This document shows, one piece after another, positions 1 to 10,215 of a stretch of DNA of 55,326 nt (position 1 is the stretch's first letter; the number at the start of each line of letters is the position of its first letter). This DNA is from a virus (lineage: Duplodnaviria; Caudoviricetes): positions 1 through 55,326 of the IMG/VR virus record IMGVR_UViG_3300037851_000330. One strand, given 5' to 3'. The notes under the pieces were generated by a model, which saw only the letters and a list, made by a program, of their open reading frames with translations, had not been told where the DNA came from and did no database searches. The position numbers and the translations under genes are program-made.

Positions 1-1842
1 AACCATCATTGACACCGCTTTGGAACTATCCATACCTCTAGATACAGCTTCTTCTAATACTTGAACTAATGAGCTACTTGGGTCTGCAGAACCTGATGCT
101 GCTAAAGCACCAAATCTACGCATCGTTTCTTCCATAGGACCGTAACCAGCTTTTTCTAAGTTACGAGCTATACCAATTTGACCTGTGTTAAATACTGAAC
201 CTTGATTTGATAATCCTTGACCAACCATGCTGGCAGCTTGCATAGGATCTACGCCAAGAGCTTTCATTTGGTTTAAGAAGTCATTGCTCATCATTGCGTT
301 CATCATTGATTCTCTTCGGCCGCCAGCAAATCTTGTTGCACCTACAGCGCCTTGACTGTAATCGAAATATGATTGTCTGAACGCGCTAGGAATCGCGAGG
401 ATTTGTCTCTGCGCTTCTAAAGCAGAAACATATGCATTTACATTGGTTTGACCAGCAGTTACTCCCTGAGCCAAATCTGAGATCTGAGTAGCTGTATTAA
501 AAGCGCCTTCAGCACCAATAATTAAAGCCTTACCAGTAGAAGATATTGTTCCTCCACCCATTTTGCCTAATGAAGCGCCTTCAGCAACTTCTAATCCTGC
601 ACGCGCTCCAGCATCTAATGCAGTAGCAGCCGCACCAAGACCTTGAACTACTTGTTGAGTTGTCTTTTTGCCTGATGCGAAGTCAGCAGCATTTTGAAAT
701 GCTCCAGTTCCAAGAAGAGCTAGAGATGCCATGTCTCCACCAAGCGCAGCTCTCAATGTGGTATATTGCTGATTCTGTTGAGCAGCAATTTGCCCTCTAT
801 TGCTCAAAGCTTGAATTGGTTGATTTATGAACGCCTGTTGACCAAAGTTAACACCAGCAGAAATTGCTCCACCGGCTGCAACAATGTTTCTCCAAACGCT
901 ACCGCCGCCACCAGCAGATGCAACAGCTTTTTCTTGTTTCTCTAATGTTTCGAGTTTATTAGCTATATCACCTGCTTGTTTATTGAAATCTTCTAATGCC
1001 ATTCCGCCTTTAGAAAATTCATCTTTCAAGTCAGTTAAAGCTCTTGCGGTTTCTAATATCTTTTCATTTAATTCTTTTAAACTAGGAAGTTCTCCAGCTG
1101 CCGCTGCTCTTCTAAAACCTTCTGTTTCTAATCTAGAAGAAGCTCGATTAGCAGCGCCATTGATATCCATGAATTGACTTTGAGGATCAAGACCCATTTG
1201 TCTTGCTAACTGCATTCCTCTACGTGCAACACCGATTTGACTTTCTTGTTGAGTTAAAGTGGCGCCAAGTTTTCTTAAATCAGATTCAGAAGCTCCAGCA
1301 TGTGCAGCTTCTCTTAAACCAGCTGCTGCTTCACGCGCACTTCTGGCAGCTGCAGCAGCTTGTCTTTCAAAATCACTGTACGAAGTTGAACCTACAGCTC
1401 TTGCTGCGATATCCATTGTTCCAGAAGAACTGAAGGCTTCGTTGATACGACTTGTTTGTGCTCTACTTCCAGTGAATTGACCGATTTGAGATGTTAACGT
1501 GTTGTAACCACGAGTTCTAGCAATCTCAACTTCTTGCTCAAATCTTTGAGAAACAAACTGACGACGCTCTAAGGCTTCTGCATATTCATCTCTGTTTTGA
1601 TTGATGGCAGCTCTTAGATCTGGATCTCCAGGACGTCTAGCGAGACCTTCTTGGAACACGTCTGACATCTGACGAAGGTTTTTTAATTTACTCTTGATCT
1701 CTCGTCCTTCTAAACGAAGACGTTGAGCAGCAACTGAGTTAACTTCAGTAGACTGTCTTACGCGAGAAAAAATCTCGTCCATCGATGCGGCAGCACCAAT
1801 CTGGTTGTACCTACCGCCTGCCTTGTTTACATCATCAGCCAT
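1..1842 (-). CDS. tail tape measure protein (5' part; runs off left edge)
   Basis: Open frame from ATG at 1842 (MADDVNKAGGRYNQ..., overlapping upstream TAA), Ala/Gln/Arg-rich helical sequence, downstream of sheath/tube/chaperone genes; absent from the ORF track because it has no stop in the window. Confidence 0.75.
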   Translation of the reverse strand, partial: MADDVNKAGGRYNQIGAAASMDEIFSRVRQSTEVNSVAAQRLRLEGREIKSKLKNLRQMSDVFQEGLARRPGDPDLRAAINQNRDEYAEALERRQFVSQRFEQEVEIARTRGYNTLTSQIGQFTGSRAQTSRINEAFSSSGTMDIAARAVGSTSYSDFERQAAAAARSAREAAAGLREAAHAGASESDLRKLGATLTQQESQIGVARRGMQLARQMGLDPQSQFMDINGAANRASSRLETEGFRRAAAAGELPSLKELNEKILETARALTDLKDEFSKGGMALEDFNKQAGDIANKLETLEKQEKAVASAGGGGSVWRNIVAAGGAISAGVNFGQQAFINQPIQALSNRGQIAAQQNQQYTTLRAALGGDMASLALLGTGAFQNAADFASGKKTTQQVVQGLGAAATALDAGARAGLEVAEGASLGKMGGGTISSTGKALIIGAEGAFNTATQISDLAQGVTAGQTNVNAYVSALEAQRQILAIPSAFRQSYFDYSQGAVGATRFAGGRRESMMNAMMSNDFLNQMKALGVDPMQAASMVGQGLSNQGSVFNTGQIGIARNLEKAGYGPMEETMRRFGALAASGSADPSSSLVQVLEEAVSRGMDSSKAVSMMV

Positions 1843-2363
1843 TACTCAAAATCCTCTTTAATGTCTTCACCGAAATCGTCGCCAAAGATTTCTTTAGCGG
1901 CTTCTATTTCTTTGCGCATTACTTCTTCCATCCAAGACTTGTTATCTGGATCTTCTGCAGGATTTGCTTCAGGTGCTTTGGCTTCTTGTTGCTTACGTAA
2001 AGCCTCCAACTCTCTTCGCTCTTCTTGCTCTGCCCAATCTAAGTTTTCCTGTACGCGCTTATCTTCTATTCTATCAGCATCTTCATCAACGCGAGTTTCA
2101 GCTGCCTTTTCGCGCTCGATTCTATCAAAGAATTCATATAAGAGTTCTTCTAAAGTGTAGGATTGTAATAGGGGATCTTTATAAGGTCTACTGTAGGTTT
2201 TACACCACCAGTTATGTAGAAATAGCAAAAGCTGACGCTCGTTATCAAGCTCAGCATTTGCGTTATATTTAGCAATAGTTCTTATGGCATCAACTAGAGT
2301 TAAGTTGCTGGTTCTGTTTTCTGAACTGCTGTCTCTGCCTTTGTTTTTAGGCTCTCGCGCCAT
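1842..2363 (-). CDS. tail assembly chaperone, downstream (T-like) part
   Basis: Overlaps 2300..2686 in the -1 frame, directly before tape measure; acidic helical protein. Confidence 0.55.
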   Translation of the reverse strand: MAREPKNKGRDSSSENRTSNLTLVDAIRTIAKYNANAELDNERQLLLFLHNWWCKTYSRPYKDPLLQSYTLEELLYEFFDRIEREKAAETRVDEDADRIEDKRVQENLDWAEQEERRELEALRKQQEAKAPEANPAEDPDNKSWMEEVMRKEIEAAKEIFGDDFGEDIKEDFE

Positions 2364-2686
2364 TTAGACTCCTGCTCCATTACTTTATCGTAAAGTGCAA
2401 CAAGGGCATCTTCATCAAGGATATCAAATCCACCCTTGCTTTGTTTCCACCACTCTGGGGCATCAACAATGCGCACTCTCAGGTTGGCTAAAACAACAGC
2501 GAGACCAAAAAGACCATCAGTAGGATTTTGAAAGTCAGCCATTAGTCTAGTTTTTTCAATTTCTAATGCATGCTTTCTAGCCATGTTAAGCATACAAACA
2601 ACTGTAAACTGACCATCATACTTTTTATTAGTTGTGGCACCAGTGTAATCAAAATCAAATACAGCTTCGTTTTTAGGAAGATCCAT
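2300..2686 (-). CDS. tail assembly chaperone (G-like)
   Basis: 128 aa, GGAG RBS, position between tube genes and tape measure. Confidence 0.6.
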   Translation of the reverse strand: MDLPKNEAVFDFDYTGATTNKKYDGQFTVVCMLNMARKHALEIEKTRLMADFQNPTDGLFGLAVVLANLRVRIVDAPEWWKQSKGGFDILDEDALVALYDKVMEQESKWRESLKTKAETAVQKTEPAT

Positions 2687-2733
2687 ACGTCTCCTTTATA
2701 AGACTTTTATAAATTATACCTAGGAAAACGTTG

Positions 2734-3378
2734 TTATACTACGCTGCTGCCGCCAAAACCACGGTTAATTGCATCAAAAACAACACCGTTACTTGGAAGC
2801 GCTATTGCACCTGATTTCTTGGCAGAATCATTTTGGTCATGGTTGATAGGGAAAGATGGCTCTCTTTCGTCTTTCCAGCCAATAGCTTTAAAACTTAGAG
2901 TCATAGTTGAAAGCTGCTCAACTTTCACTTCTTCAACTCTACTAGTTATCATAGCTTTGCTAGTAAAGAACAATAGAGCGTTTGTTGCAGAGTCTCTAAC
3001 TTCTATCTGAATATATTTGTGAAACAAAAAAGAACCTATATTGGCTTGCATGAACTCTGCAGATGGTCCTTGTCCTGGAACATGTAGTGCTGAGATAGTT
3101 CCTTCAACAGCAACTCTTGTTGGAACTATTTCTGCTGGAAGATAATCATCAATAGTCATTATCTCTTGACCAGTTGTGTTTATTCTCCAACTGATTCCAA
3201 AAGCAAAGCCAATCAATCTACCGTTAACTCTTAAAACGCAACGCGCCCCAGATGAGTATTTAGCAGTAGGCTTAGTACTAAAAATACCCGCACCTTGAGA
3301 CGATACGTTATCTAGTAGTCTTTCTTGAAATTCTCCACCAGAACTTAAAGGGCCATTATCAATTTTATTGTTTGCCAT
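2734..3378 (-). CDS. tail tube-like protein (paralog 3)
   Basis: SGARCVLRVNG..IGFA..ISW..E.VP....GTIS pattern shared with the two adjacent tube-like genes. Confidence 0.6.
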   Translation of the reverse strand: MANNKIDNGPLSSGGEFQERLLDNVSSQGAGIFSTKPTAKYSSGARCVLRVNGRLIGFAFGISWRINTTGQEIMTIDDYLPAEIVPTRVAVEGTISALHVPGQGPSAEFMQANIGSFLFHKYIQIEVRDSATNALLFFTSKAMITSRVEEVKVEQLSTMTLSFKAIGWKDEREPSFPINHDQNDSAKKSGAIALPSNGVVFDAINRGFGGSSVV

Positions 3379-3387
3379 AAAAGTCCT

Positions 3388-3969
3388 TTACGAGAATTGT
3401 TGTCCTTGGCCACTGAAACCAGCTAAGAAACTATCTTCGTCTACATAGATGGCTCTGAAAGAATATCTCTCTACCGCTGGTGCAGTTTTACCTGCTATGC
3501 TAAAATCAGCTCTAGTTATTCTACAATCTCTTATCCTTGCTACACCATGTAAGTTACCATCAGCCATCTTCTGAAAGACGTCGATGTTAAAAAAGGTAGC
3601 ATTTTCAAAAGTCTCGGGATTTAATGCGTCTTGTGTTCTTCCATCGTTACCAATATTTTTAGAGACTGGATTGTCTGGGCCTAAAGCACCAACGCCGTTC
3701 CCTTTGTCACTAACGCCATTAGGCGTTGCATAACCTAATCCCCTATTGGTTTCTGCAACTCCGGCTACATATCGAATAACTGTGAAAGTTCCTGTTACTT
3801 CATATGAAAGAGGCTCCAATGAAGATGCTTCGTACATACCAAGCACTTTTGGAGCAGCGTGATTAACTTGTACTGAGTAAGAGAGGTCAGTACAGAAGGC
3901 TATAGTCTTATTATTGACCTTAACTTTTGCGTTAGCACCAGTTAAGAAAAAAGGAGCTAGTTTAGCCAT
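3388..3969 (-). CDS. tail tube-like protein (paralog 2)
   Basis: FLTGANAKVKV..LG.YE..S.EP..Y.V.GT..VIRY closely parallels 3983..4522. Confidence 0.7.
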   Translation of the reverse strand: MAKLAPFFLTGANAKVKVNNKTIAFCTDLSYSVQVNHAAPKVLGMYEASSLEPLSYEVTGTFTVIRYVAGVAETNRGLGYATPNGVSDKGNGVGALGPDNPVSKNIGNDGRTQDALNPETFENATFFNIDVFQKMADGNLHGVARIRDCRITRADFSIAGKTAPAVERYSFRAIYVDEDSFLAGFSGQGQQFS

Positions 3970-3982
3970 CTGTACTTCCTAA

Positions 3983-4522
3983 TTATGATAAATCTGTATC
4001 GCCAGAATTTGCAGCTGTGTAGCTGTCGTCGTCTTGCAAGATCGCGTTGAACGCAAACTGTTCTACAAGAACGCCACGCTTATTGATAGCGCCACCTTTA
4101 CGGGTGAAACGGCAATCAGTAAGTCTGATAACTTTTTGTGAATCGATTGAACCTGCGTTGTCGTACTTTTGATAGATGTCAAGATCCCAAGTTTGAGAAG
4201 CTAACAGTTCAGCTGGGTTCATGTGTTGAGAAGCATTTGTTCCTGTTGGGTTGTTGAAGTTCCAGTTACCAACTCCGTTACCAGTAGCTGCTGCACCGTT
4301 CATACCTTGAGCTACAGAAGTGTAACGAATTACACTCAATGTACCATCAACAAAGTATGCAACTGGTTCATTGCTTACTACTTCATAACGACCCATCGTT
4401 TCGATAGGAATTGTTGTCATTGTGACGTTGTAAGAAACGTCTTGAGCGTACGCTAAAGTAAGGTCGCCTGCCTTAATCTTGGCGTTCGCGCCTGTAATAA
4501 ATGAGGGCTTTTTACCTGCCAT
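3983..4522 (-). CDS. tail tube protein
   Basis: 179 aa beta-rich protein immediately downstream of the sheath gene. Confidence 0.75.
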   Translation of the reverse strand: MAGKKPSFITGANAKIKAGDLTLAYAQDVSYNVTMTTIPIETMGRYEVVSNEPVAYFVDGTLSVIRYTSVAQGMNGAAATGNGVGNWNFNNPTGTNASQHMNPAELLASQTWDLDIYQKYDNAGSIDSQKVIRLTDCRFTRKGGAINKRGVLVEQFAFNAILQDDDSYTAANSGDTDLS

Positions 4523-4607
4523 GTCTTATCCTTGCTAGTTCGGTTCTAGCTTACCTTGAATTTATCAGCATAATTGCTGACTTTTATATATTAACATAAT
4601 TATGCTT

Positions 4608-4639
4608 AAAAAAGCAAAAGGCCAGATTTCTCTGGCCTT
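4608..4639 (-). terminator. intrinsic terminator after sheath gene
   Basis: Minus strand AAGGCCAGA-GAAA-TCTGGCCTT followed by TTGCTTTTTT. Confidence 0.7.
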
Positions 4640-4671
4640 GCACCTATTATCCGAAGATGTTAGGGGTGTTA

Positions 4672-6867
4672 TTAAGCAACGCTTTGAGCTCTTTGCAGAG
4701 TGATATCTGCAAGAACGAAGTCGATACCTTCAACAAGCTTAACAATAACACTTACGTTAATTGTATTGCCATCGATTGTAACAACAAGGTTCTTGTAACC
4801 GTTTGGAGCGTCTGTAGTTGAAACAGTGATTCCTTGTGCTAAGAAAGTAGCCAAGATAGATTCACACACTGATTTAACTTCAGTAGCTTTAACTGTATTC
4901 TTAACGCCAACGTAGATGTTCTCAAGTTGCGTACGGAAATCGTAAGCAAGAACATCAGCGGCATAAAGAACGTTACCTCTGTTGAATACCCAGTTACCGT
5001 CACGTCCGTATGTAGTGTTATCTACGACCACACGGAAACCACCAGTTTGTGGAGCTTCAAGGAAGGTAATACCAGCTTGAATAGCATCTTCAAACATTGT
5101 GTCTGGATCAAAATCAATTACGATGTCCTCTTCAGGAGTACTCATTGATTGAGCAGTTTGACGGATACCTGAGCAATTTAAGAATTTGAATGTCATTGGA
5201 GTTCCGATTGGAGAACCGCCACGAGCGCCAGCAAGTAAACATGCTAAAGCCCAAGGTTGGAACCATTTTACAACTCCACGGCTGTCAACTTGACGAACAT
5301 CTTGAATAACAAGTTGTTCACGGAAGTCAGCTAATAAACCTGCTTGAACTTTACAGTTAGCATACGTATCTTTGATAGACATGTAACCTTGACGTTCAGA
5401 TTTTTTCTTAGTAGTAGCCATTAAGCTTAAGTGAGTTTTCACTGCTTGATGGATACCAAGGATTGTATAGTTAGAAGCAGAATCAGTTAAGTTATCAGCG
5501 ATATCAGCTGAAGCATCTCTTGAGAAAAGAGGCACTACAGAGTTTACTCTGAACTTAGTGAAACTATCTAAAGCGTTAACGATGTCTGCTGTGCTAGTAG
5601 AACCTTTTGTTCCACCAGTGAAAGCAAGTCCACCACCAAGAACTGTTGCTGCCGCATCAGGAAGACCAACTAAAGTTTGGTTAACGATTGAAGCGATAGA
5701 AGAATTCTCTAACATCTCAGTTACTTCTGAAGCATCTTTTTTAAGACGAGCAGGCTTTAAACCAGCTTCACTTAATGCACCAACATTTTGTGCACGATCT
5801 AACTTATCAGTCAATAATTGACCGTAAAGTGTAGATGTAACAGATGCAGACCATCCTGTGTTCATGGCGTTGATACCATTAACAAGATCGTTTAATGTTG
5901 GATAAGAAGTTTTATCTAAAGTGATTACACCGGCATCAGCACCACCAGCAACTGTTAAAACGATTGTGTTCGCGTTAACATCTACTTCAGCAGAGCTTGC
6001 TCCGTTATCAGAAGAGTTGAAACCTAATTCTAAAACAACGTTTCCACCTAGTGTTTCTTCTTCTTCGATTTGGTCACGAGTTTGAGCAATTGTAACTGTA
6101 GCACTTGGTTCAGCTGTTGGATCTTTACGACCAACCACGAAACCAAAAGCCGCAACACCAGTTCCCGCAAGAACTTCAAAGCTACGTCCCCAACCATTTC
6201 TGTGAAGGTTAGAACCAGTTGCTTGAGTGATAACGATTTTATCGCTACCGTTTGCAGAGAAGATTAAACCAGGGAAAGCTGCGTTTAAGTTTGAGATTAA
6301 TGCAGCGCGGTTAGCAGAAGCAGCCACTGTGTATGAAACAGGAGCAGCACCGTTTATCGCGATGTTTAAGATTGTACCAAGACCAAAATCAACAGCACTT
6401 GGTGCAACAGTTACTGTACCAACGTGTTGTGCAGGAGTTTCTGCAACAAGAACGTTTTTGTATGTAACTAGGTTTCCACCAGTTCCATATTCTCTAGCTT
6501 TTAAAGTGCCATATGTATTTGCTAACGCTAAAGAGGCTTGAGTTGAGTTATTTGTTTTGTAGATATAAACAGCTTGCGCTCCTGAAGGAATCGCGCCATC
6601 AGTTGCTGGAGCAAAAAGAAACGCAGCAGCGTCTACAATTGGACCAGAACGGTATTTAGCACGAATTTGAGGAATTTGTTCAGGACTGAACACATTGTTC
6701 TTAATATCTACTTCATTAGCACCTGGTGTTCCAGCGTCCGCTTCACCGAAGATCGCAACAATACCTGTTGGACTTAAAGGAAAACCTCCACCAAGATCTA
6801 TGTCGACCTTAGAGTAGGCACCTGGCTTGTAAATTGTAGCACCATTAAAACTGACGTTGATTGCCAT
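4672..6867 (-). CDS. contractile tail sheath protein
   Basis: 731 aa; N-terminal F.G..IYKPGAYS and G.A..G.P motifs, C-terminal sheath-like domain (V.DNTT..., IDFVLADITL). Confidence 0.9.
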   Translation of the reverse strand: MAINVSFNGATIYKPGAYSKVDIDLGGGFPLSPTGIVAIFGEADAGTPGANEVDIKNNVFSPEQIPQIRAKYRSGPIVDAAAFLFAPATDGAIPSGAQAVYIYKTNNSTQASLALANTYGTLKAREYGTGGNLVTYKNVLVAETPAQHVGTVTVAPSAVDFGLGTILNIAINGAAPVSYTVAASANRAALISNLNAAFPGLIFSANGSDKIVITQATGSNLHRNGWGRSFEVLAGTGVAAFGFVVGRKDPTAEPSATVTIAQTRDQIEEEETLGGNVVLELGFNSSDNGASSAEVDVNANTIVLTVAGGADAGVITLDKTSYPTLNDLVNGINAMNTGWSASVTSTLYGQLLTDKLDRAQNVGALSEAGLKPARLKKDASEVTEMLENSSIASIVNQTLVGLPDAAATVLGGGLAFTGGTKGSTSTADIVNALDSFTKFRVNSVVPLFSRDASADIADNLTDSASNYTILGIHQAVKTHLSLMATTKKKSERQGYMSIKDTYANCKVQAGLLADFREQLVIQDVRQVDSRGVVKWFQPWALACLLAGARGGSPIGTPMTFKFLNCSGIRQTAQSMSTPEEDIVIDFDPDTMFEDAIQAGITFLEAPQTGGFRVVVDNTTYGRDGNWVFNRGNVLYAADVLAYDFRTQLENIYVGVKNTVKATEVKSVCESILATFLAQGITVSTTDAPNGYKNLVVTIDGNTINVSVIVKLVEGIDFVLADITLQRAQSVA

Positions 6868-6925
6868 CTTTAGGGCCTCCTAATAAATAAAGTTCATAAT
6901 AATTATAACACGCTCGCTGAGTTAA

Positions 6926-7204
6926 TTAACTCAACTTCACTCCGTACTTTTCAAGGGCTGCATCGTACTTCTTAACAGTTTCTTTGTTGGTAAGACCGCG
7001 ACCCATAAAATCTGCACGAATAATTTCTTTCATATGTTTACTTGGTATCATGTTGGCTCTCATGGCATACCAAGCATCGAACAACACTAGTTGTTCTTCT
7101 TGTCCTGGAGTTTCTTGTTCAGCAGCTTTCTTTAAAGCTTCTTCACGGGCCTTCTTCTCCATTTCCTTGATCTGTTTTTGTAATAACTTTTTATCACTTG
7201 CCAT
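6926..7204 (-). CDS. hypothetical protein (virion module)
   Basis: 92 aa ORF with AAGGAG RBS. Confidence 0.6.
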   Translation of the reverse strand: MASDKKLLQKQIKEMEKKAREEALKKAAEQETPGQEEQLVLFDAWYAMRANMIPSKHMKEIIRADFMGRGLTNKETVKKYDAALEKYGVKLS

Positions 7205-7245
7205 TGTAAGCTCCTTGTACCATTGTATCTTAGGGCATCAGCTAA

Positions 7246-7893
7246 TTATACTAAGTCCTCATCGTCCGGATCACCTACACGCCCAAAGTGTAAGTCTAGC
7301 TCAGTATCATTGACTATAGTTTTATTTTCATCTACCCAAGCATTTTGAGTAGTACACTTAAATCTAACTCTACGTGTCCAAATGTTCTCATCTTGATATC
7401 TGTCATTTCTTACATAGTCAGACGCCCCAAATGTATGGATCTGGCACCCCAGTCTTTCCATGGTTCTCTTTTCTTTAAACATAATGTAAGACAAGATGTA
7501 ATACATCCATAAAACATAGTCACTTTGCTTACTAGCTATAAGATCTATGTCTACTATGACATTACTTACACCTACGCCCACAGTGTTGTTGTCTTCTTCA
7601 CCGTAGAAGTCGCCTATAGCTGCCTTATTTTCATCCTCATTATCTTGAGACAATGTTACACAAAAACAAGGAACTCTATCTCTGTTCATAGACCAACCCT
7701 GTAATACGGGTAGCTTAGTTGTATTAAACCAGTTCTTAATTTGATCAATATAAGCCTGTCCATAATCGGCATTCATCTCTGGATCCTTATAAATAGCGAA
7801 TATCTCGTCAAAAGCATCAGGATTGCTTTTTAAGTTCTTGATACCAGTTTGAATAACTCTCTGTACTGCAACTTCTGCCATTATCCAAGCCAT
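7246..7893 (-). CDS. putative tail completion/neck protein
   Basis: Upstream of sheath; P-hydrophobic strand pattern (RVPCFCVTLSQD) typical of tail terminators; position-based. Confidence 0.5.
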   Translation of the reverse strand: MAWIMAEVAVQRVIQTGIKNLKSNPDAFDEIFAIYKDPEMNADYGQAYIDQIKNWFNTTKLPVLQGWSMNRDRVPCFCVTLSQDNEDENKAAIGDFYGEEDNNTVGVGVSNVIVDIDLIASKQSDYVLWMYYILSYIMFKEKRTMERLGCQIHTFGASDYVRNDRYQDENIWTRRVRFKCTTQNAWVDENKTIVNDTELDLHFGRVGDPDDEDLV

Positions 7894-8633
7894 TATGTTA
7901 TCTCCTCATACTGTCTTACTATACTTTGCACAACAGTCTGAATGTCATCTTCTAGCTTACGATTTAAGTCAACTAGTACGGCTGCCATGTCTCTTTCTTT
8001 TGCTGGCAATACCCACATCTCAGAAGGATTCTGCTTACTGGATGCCGTTCTAAACTCTTTAGGCCCAGAATCGTTTTCTTTATTCACCATCTGCTCTAGC
8101 TCTTTCTTCCTAGCTATAAAATCTTTAGCAGCTGCAAGGCCAGAAAACATATTTGTTGAACTTAATGGATCAGTACCAGTACTTTTGTTTGATTTTAAAT
8201 TGTCTATAGCGATTTTTTGCGCTTGCTGTTGCTCTCTCTGTGCTTCAAAGATATTTTTAATTTGTTTAGATGAGTTTTTATTTCTCATCGGAATAACTTT
8301 ATATAAACTTCCATCTTTTGCGCGTTTTGGGTTCTTTAACAGGTGAGGGAGCATCTGTTTCTCACCAACCGAGAAATCTACGCGGCCTGACTCAGTTACT
8401 ATCTGGAATACTCCGCCAACTTCAACCGCCTTAATTTGATCAGCAAACTCAGGTACTCCGAGCTCTTGACCAATATTGGCAGCCTCATCTATGGCAGAAG
8501 TTACTAGTTCTGTTATTGCAACCGCTATATCATTAGCAGCTAACTCACACATGTAGTCAGCTTCTCGGTCATTTAAGCCCTTAAATATTAAAGTTTGTCT
8601 TAGTCGGTTGACTTCAAAGCGTGGGTTAATCAT
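7893..8633 (-). CDS. putative virion (neck/tail) protein
   Basis: 246 aa, translationally coupled within the structural operon. Confidence 0.45.
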   Translation of the reverse strand: MINPRFEVNRLRQTLIFKGLNDREADYMCELAANDIAVAITELVTSAIDEAANIGQELGVPEFADQIKAVEVGGVFQIVTESGRVDFSVGEKQMLPHLLKNPKRAKDGSLYKVIPMRNKNSSKQIKNIFEAQREQQQAQKIAIDNLKSNKSTGTDPLSSTNMFSGLAAAKDFIARKKELEQMVNKENDSGPKEFRTASSKQNPSEMWVLPAKERDMAAVLVDLNRKLEDDIQTVVQSIVRQYEEIT

Positions 8634-10161
8634 TCACTCGCGCCTTTTTGATAGCTTTCGCCTTCATGTCTTTCAGAAAATTTTCTTGATCCATACCGTT
8701 CCAATCTTGGCCGAAAATTATTCTGATTTTTCCATTAGGAGAAATTTCTATGCATGGGCGCGATAGATAACAGTAGTCGTTGTCAAGTAAATCTTCATGT
8801 CTTCCTGGATTTTGTGAATACGCTTCTACAGAAACAGGTTTCTTGTTAAGCTCATCAACTTTAGACTGAAGATCTCTTATTTTTTGTTCGATCAGTTCGA
8901 TCTCGTTTCCAACGTCTCCTGTTAATTTGTTGTGCTTACCAGCTACTTCGTGAACGTAATCCTCTAGTTTATCAAACAGAGATAAAATGCGCGCTTCAAC
9001 TTGTTGTAAGTCTACAGCCATACCATTTCTTATTTCTTCACGAATGTTTTCCATTTCTGAATATATATTAGAGATGTTGCTGCGCTTATAGTTTTCTATA
9101 AGCTCGTTGATTCCGCCTTCTATAGCATCATCAGCGAGAGCACCTTCATCTAATATTTGTAGTTCTTTTTCATCTTCAGGTAAATACCATTCAAATACAC
9201 TCATTAATTCTGCAGTTAATGCAGGAAGTGATCTGTTGGCAAATTGATGAACAACTTTATGTCCATCTGATACTCTTCCAGAGTATACATCGTTAACGTG
9301 CTTTCTGATACTTAAAGTATACGTATCGATCTTAACGTCTTTGAAGTCTTCATCGTTCATATCTTTAACGATTTCTCGTAACATTCTGAACGCACCGTTT
9401 CCAATTAAAGAAAGTGCTTGACCATGATCTACTTCATACGTAACTTGATTAGTGCCAGAACGAATAATGTTCTTTTCTAATTGTTCATATGTCATCATGT
9501 CTTTTAAAGAAGTGCTTTTATTTAAACCCTTGCTGTCCATGTAGTTTTTAATAGCATGGCTAGCGTAGTCTCTCATTCTGTCAAAAGGAAGTTCGTGTAG
9601 ATCGAAGAACTTTAGATCGTTCATCTCTCCATTGCTTTTTACCTTACCTTTGAATTCATTAACTACAAAAGACTTAGTCTCATTTCCTGCATGTTTGCCA
9701 GAATAAACTTCTAATGGATTTTTACCAACGATTCCAGCTTCTTCTCTTAGTTCACGAAGTGCGCCTTCATCAAAATCTTCATGTGGTTCTACGTGTCCAC
9801 CTGGAGTAGCCCACATTCCATCATCAGTGCGACGACCCAATAGTATCTTGCCGTCTTTATCTACAACAATGCAACCAGCTCCACGACCTTTATAAAACTC
9901 GTCAAAGCTCTTACGTAAAGAAGCTTTTTTCTTTTTTCTCTCTGTTCTGTCTTGTTGTACTTTTTCTTTAGCCTTAGCGTGATGCTTTTCGCCCCACGTT
10001 CCACCAGTGTTGCTACCAGATTGATCTGGAGCGTCTTTACCTGGACTAGTGTATTTTCCAGCTACAGACTTTGGAGGAGTACCTCTTTCGTGAGATTTTG
10101 CCTTGCCATGTAGTATGGCTTGCATAAATCTCCATTGTCTTTTGCTTACTGCTTTTGGCAT
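8626..10161 (-). CDS. Nudix hydrolase domain protein with C-terminal coiled coil
   Basis: Complete Nudix box GGHVEPHEDFDEGALRELREEAGI. Confidence 0.8.
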   Translation of the reverse strand: MPKAVSKRQWRFMQAILHGKAKSHERGTPPKSVAGKYTSPGKDAPDQSGSNTGGTWGEKHHAKAKEKVQQDRTERKKKKASLRKSFDEFYKGRGAGCIVVDKDGKILLGRRTDDGMWATPGGHVEPHEDFDEGALRELREEAGIVGKNPLEVYSGKHAGNETKSFVVNEFKGKVKSNGEMNDLKFFDLHELPFDRMRDYASHAIKNYMDSKGLNKSTSLKDMMTYEQLEKNIIRSGTNQVTYEVDHGQALSLIGNGAFRMLREIVKDMNDEDFKDVKIDTYTLSIRKHVNDVYSGRVSDGHKVVHQFANRSLPALTAELMSVFEWYLPEDEKELQILDEGALADDAIEGGINELIENYKRSNISNIYSEMENIREEIRNGMAVDLQQVEARILSLFDKLEDYVHEVAGKHNKLTGDVGNEIELIEQKIRDLQSKVDELNKKPVSVEAYSQNPGRHEDLLDNDYCYLSRPCIEISPNGKIRIIFGQDWNGMDQENFLKDMKAKAIKKARVND

Positions 10162-10215
10162 TAAAAGGCTCCTGATGAACTTACATTATCATTATATCTT
10201 ATTAACTTACTCAAG

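Noticed and set aside
884-8346. Plus-strand ORFs in the track across the structural block (e.g. 884..1177, 5558..5821, 7942..8346)
   Set aside because: Antisense shadows of long minus-strand virion genes; no RBS or motifs
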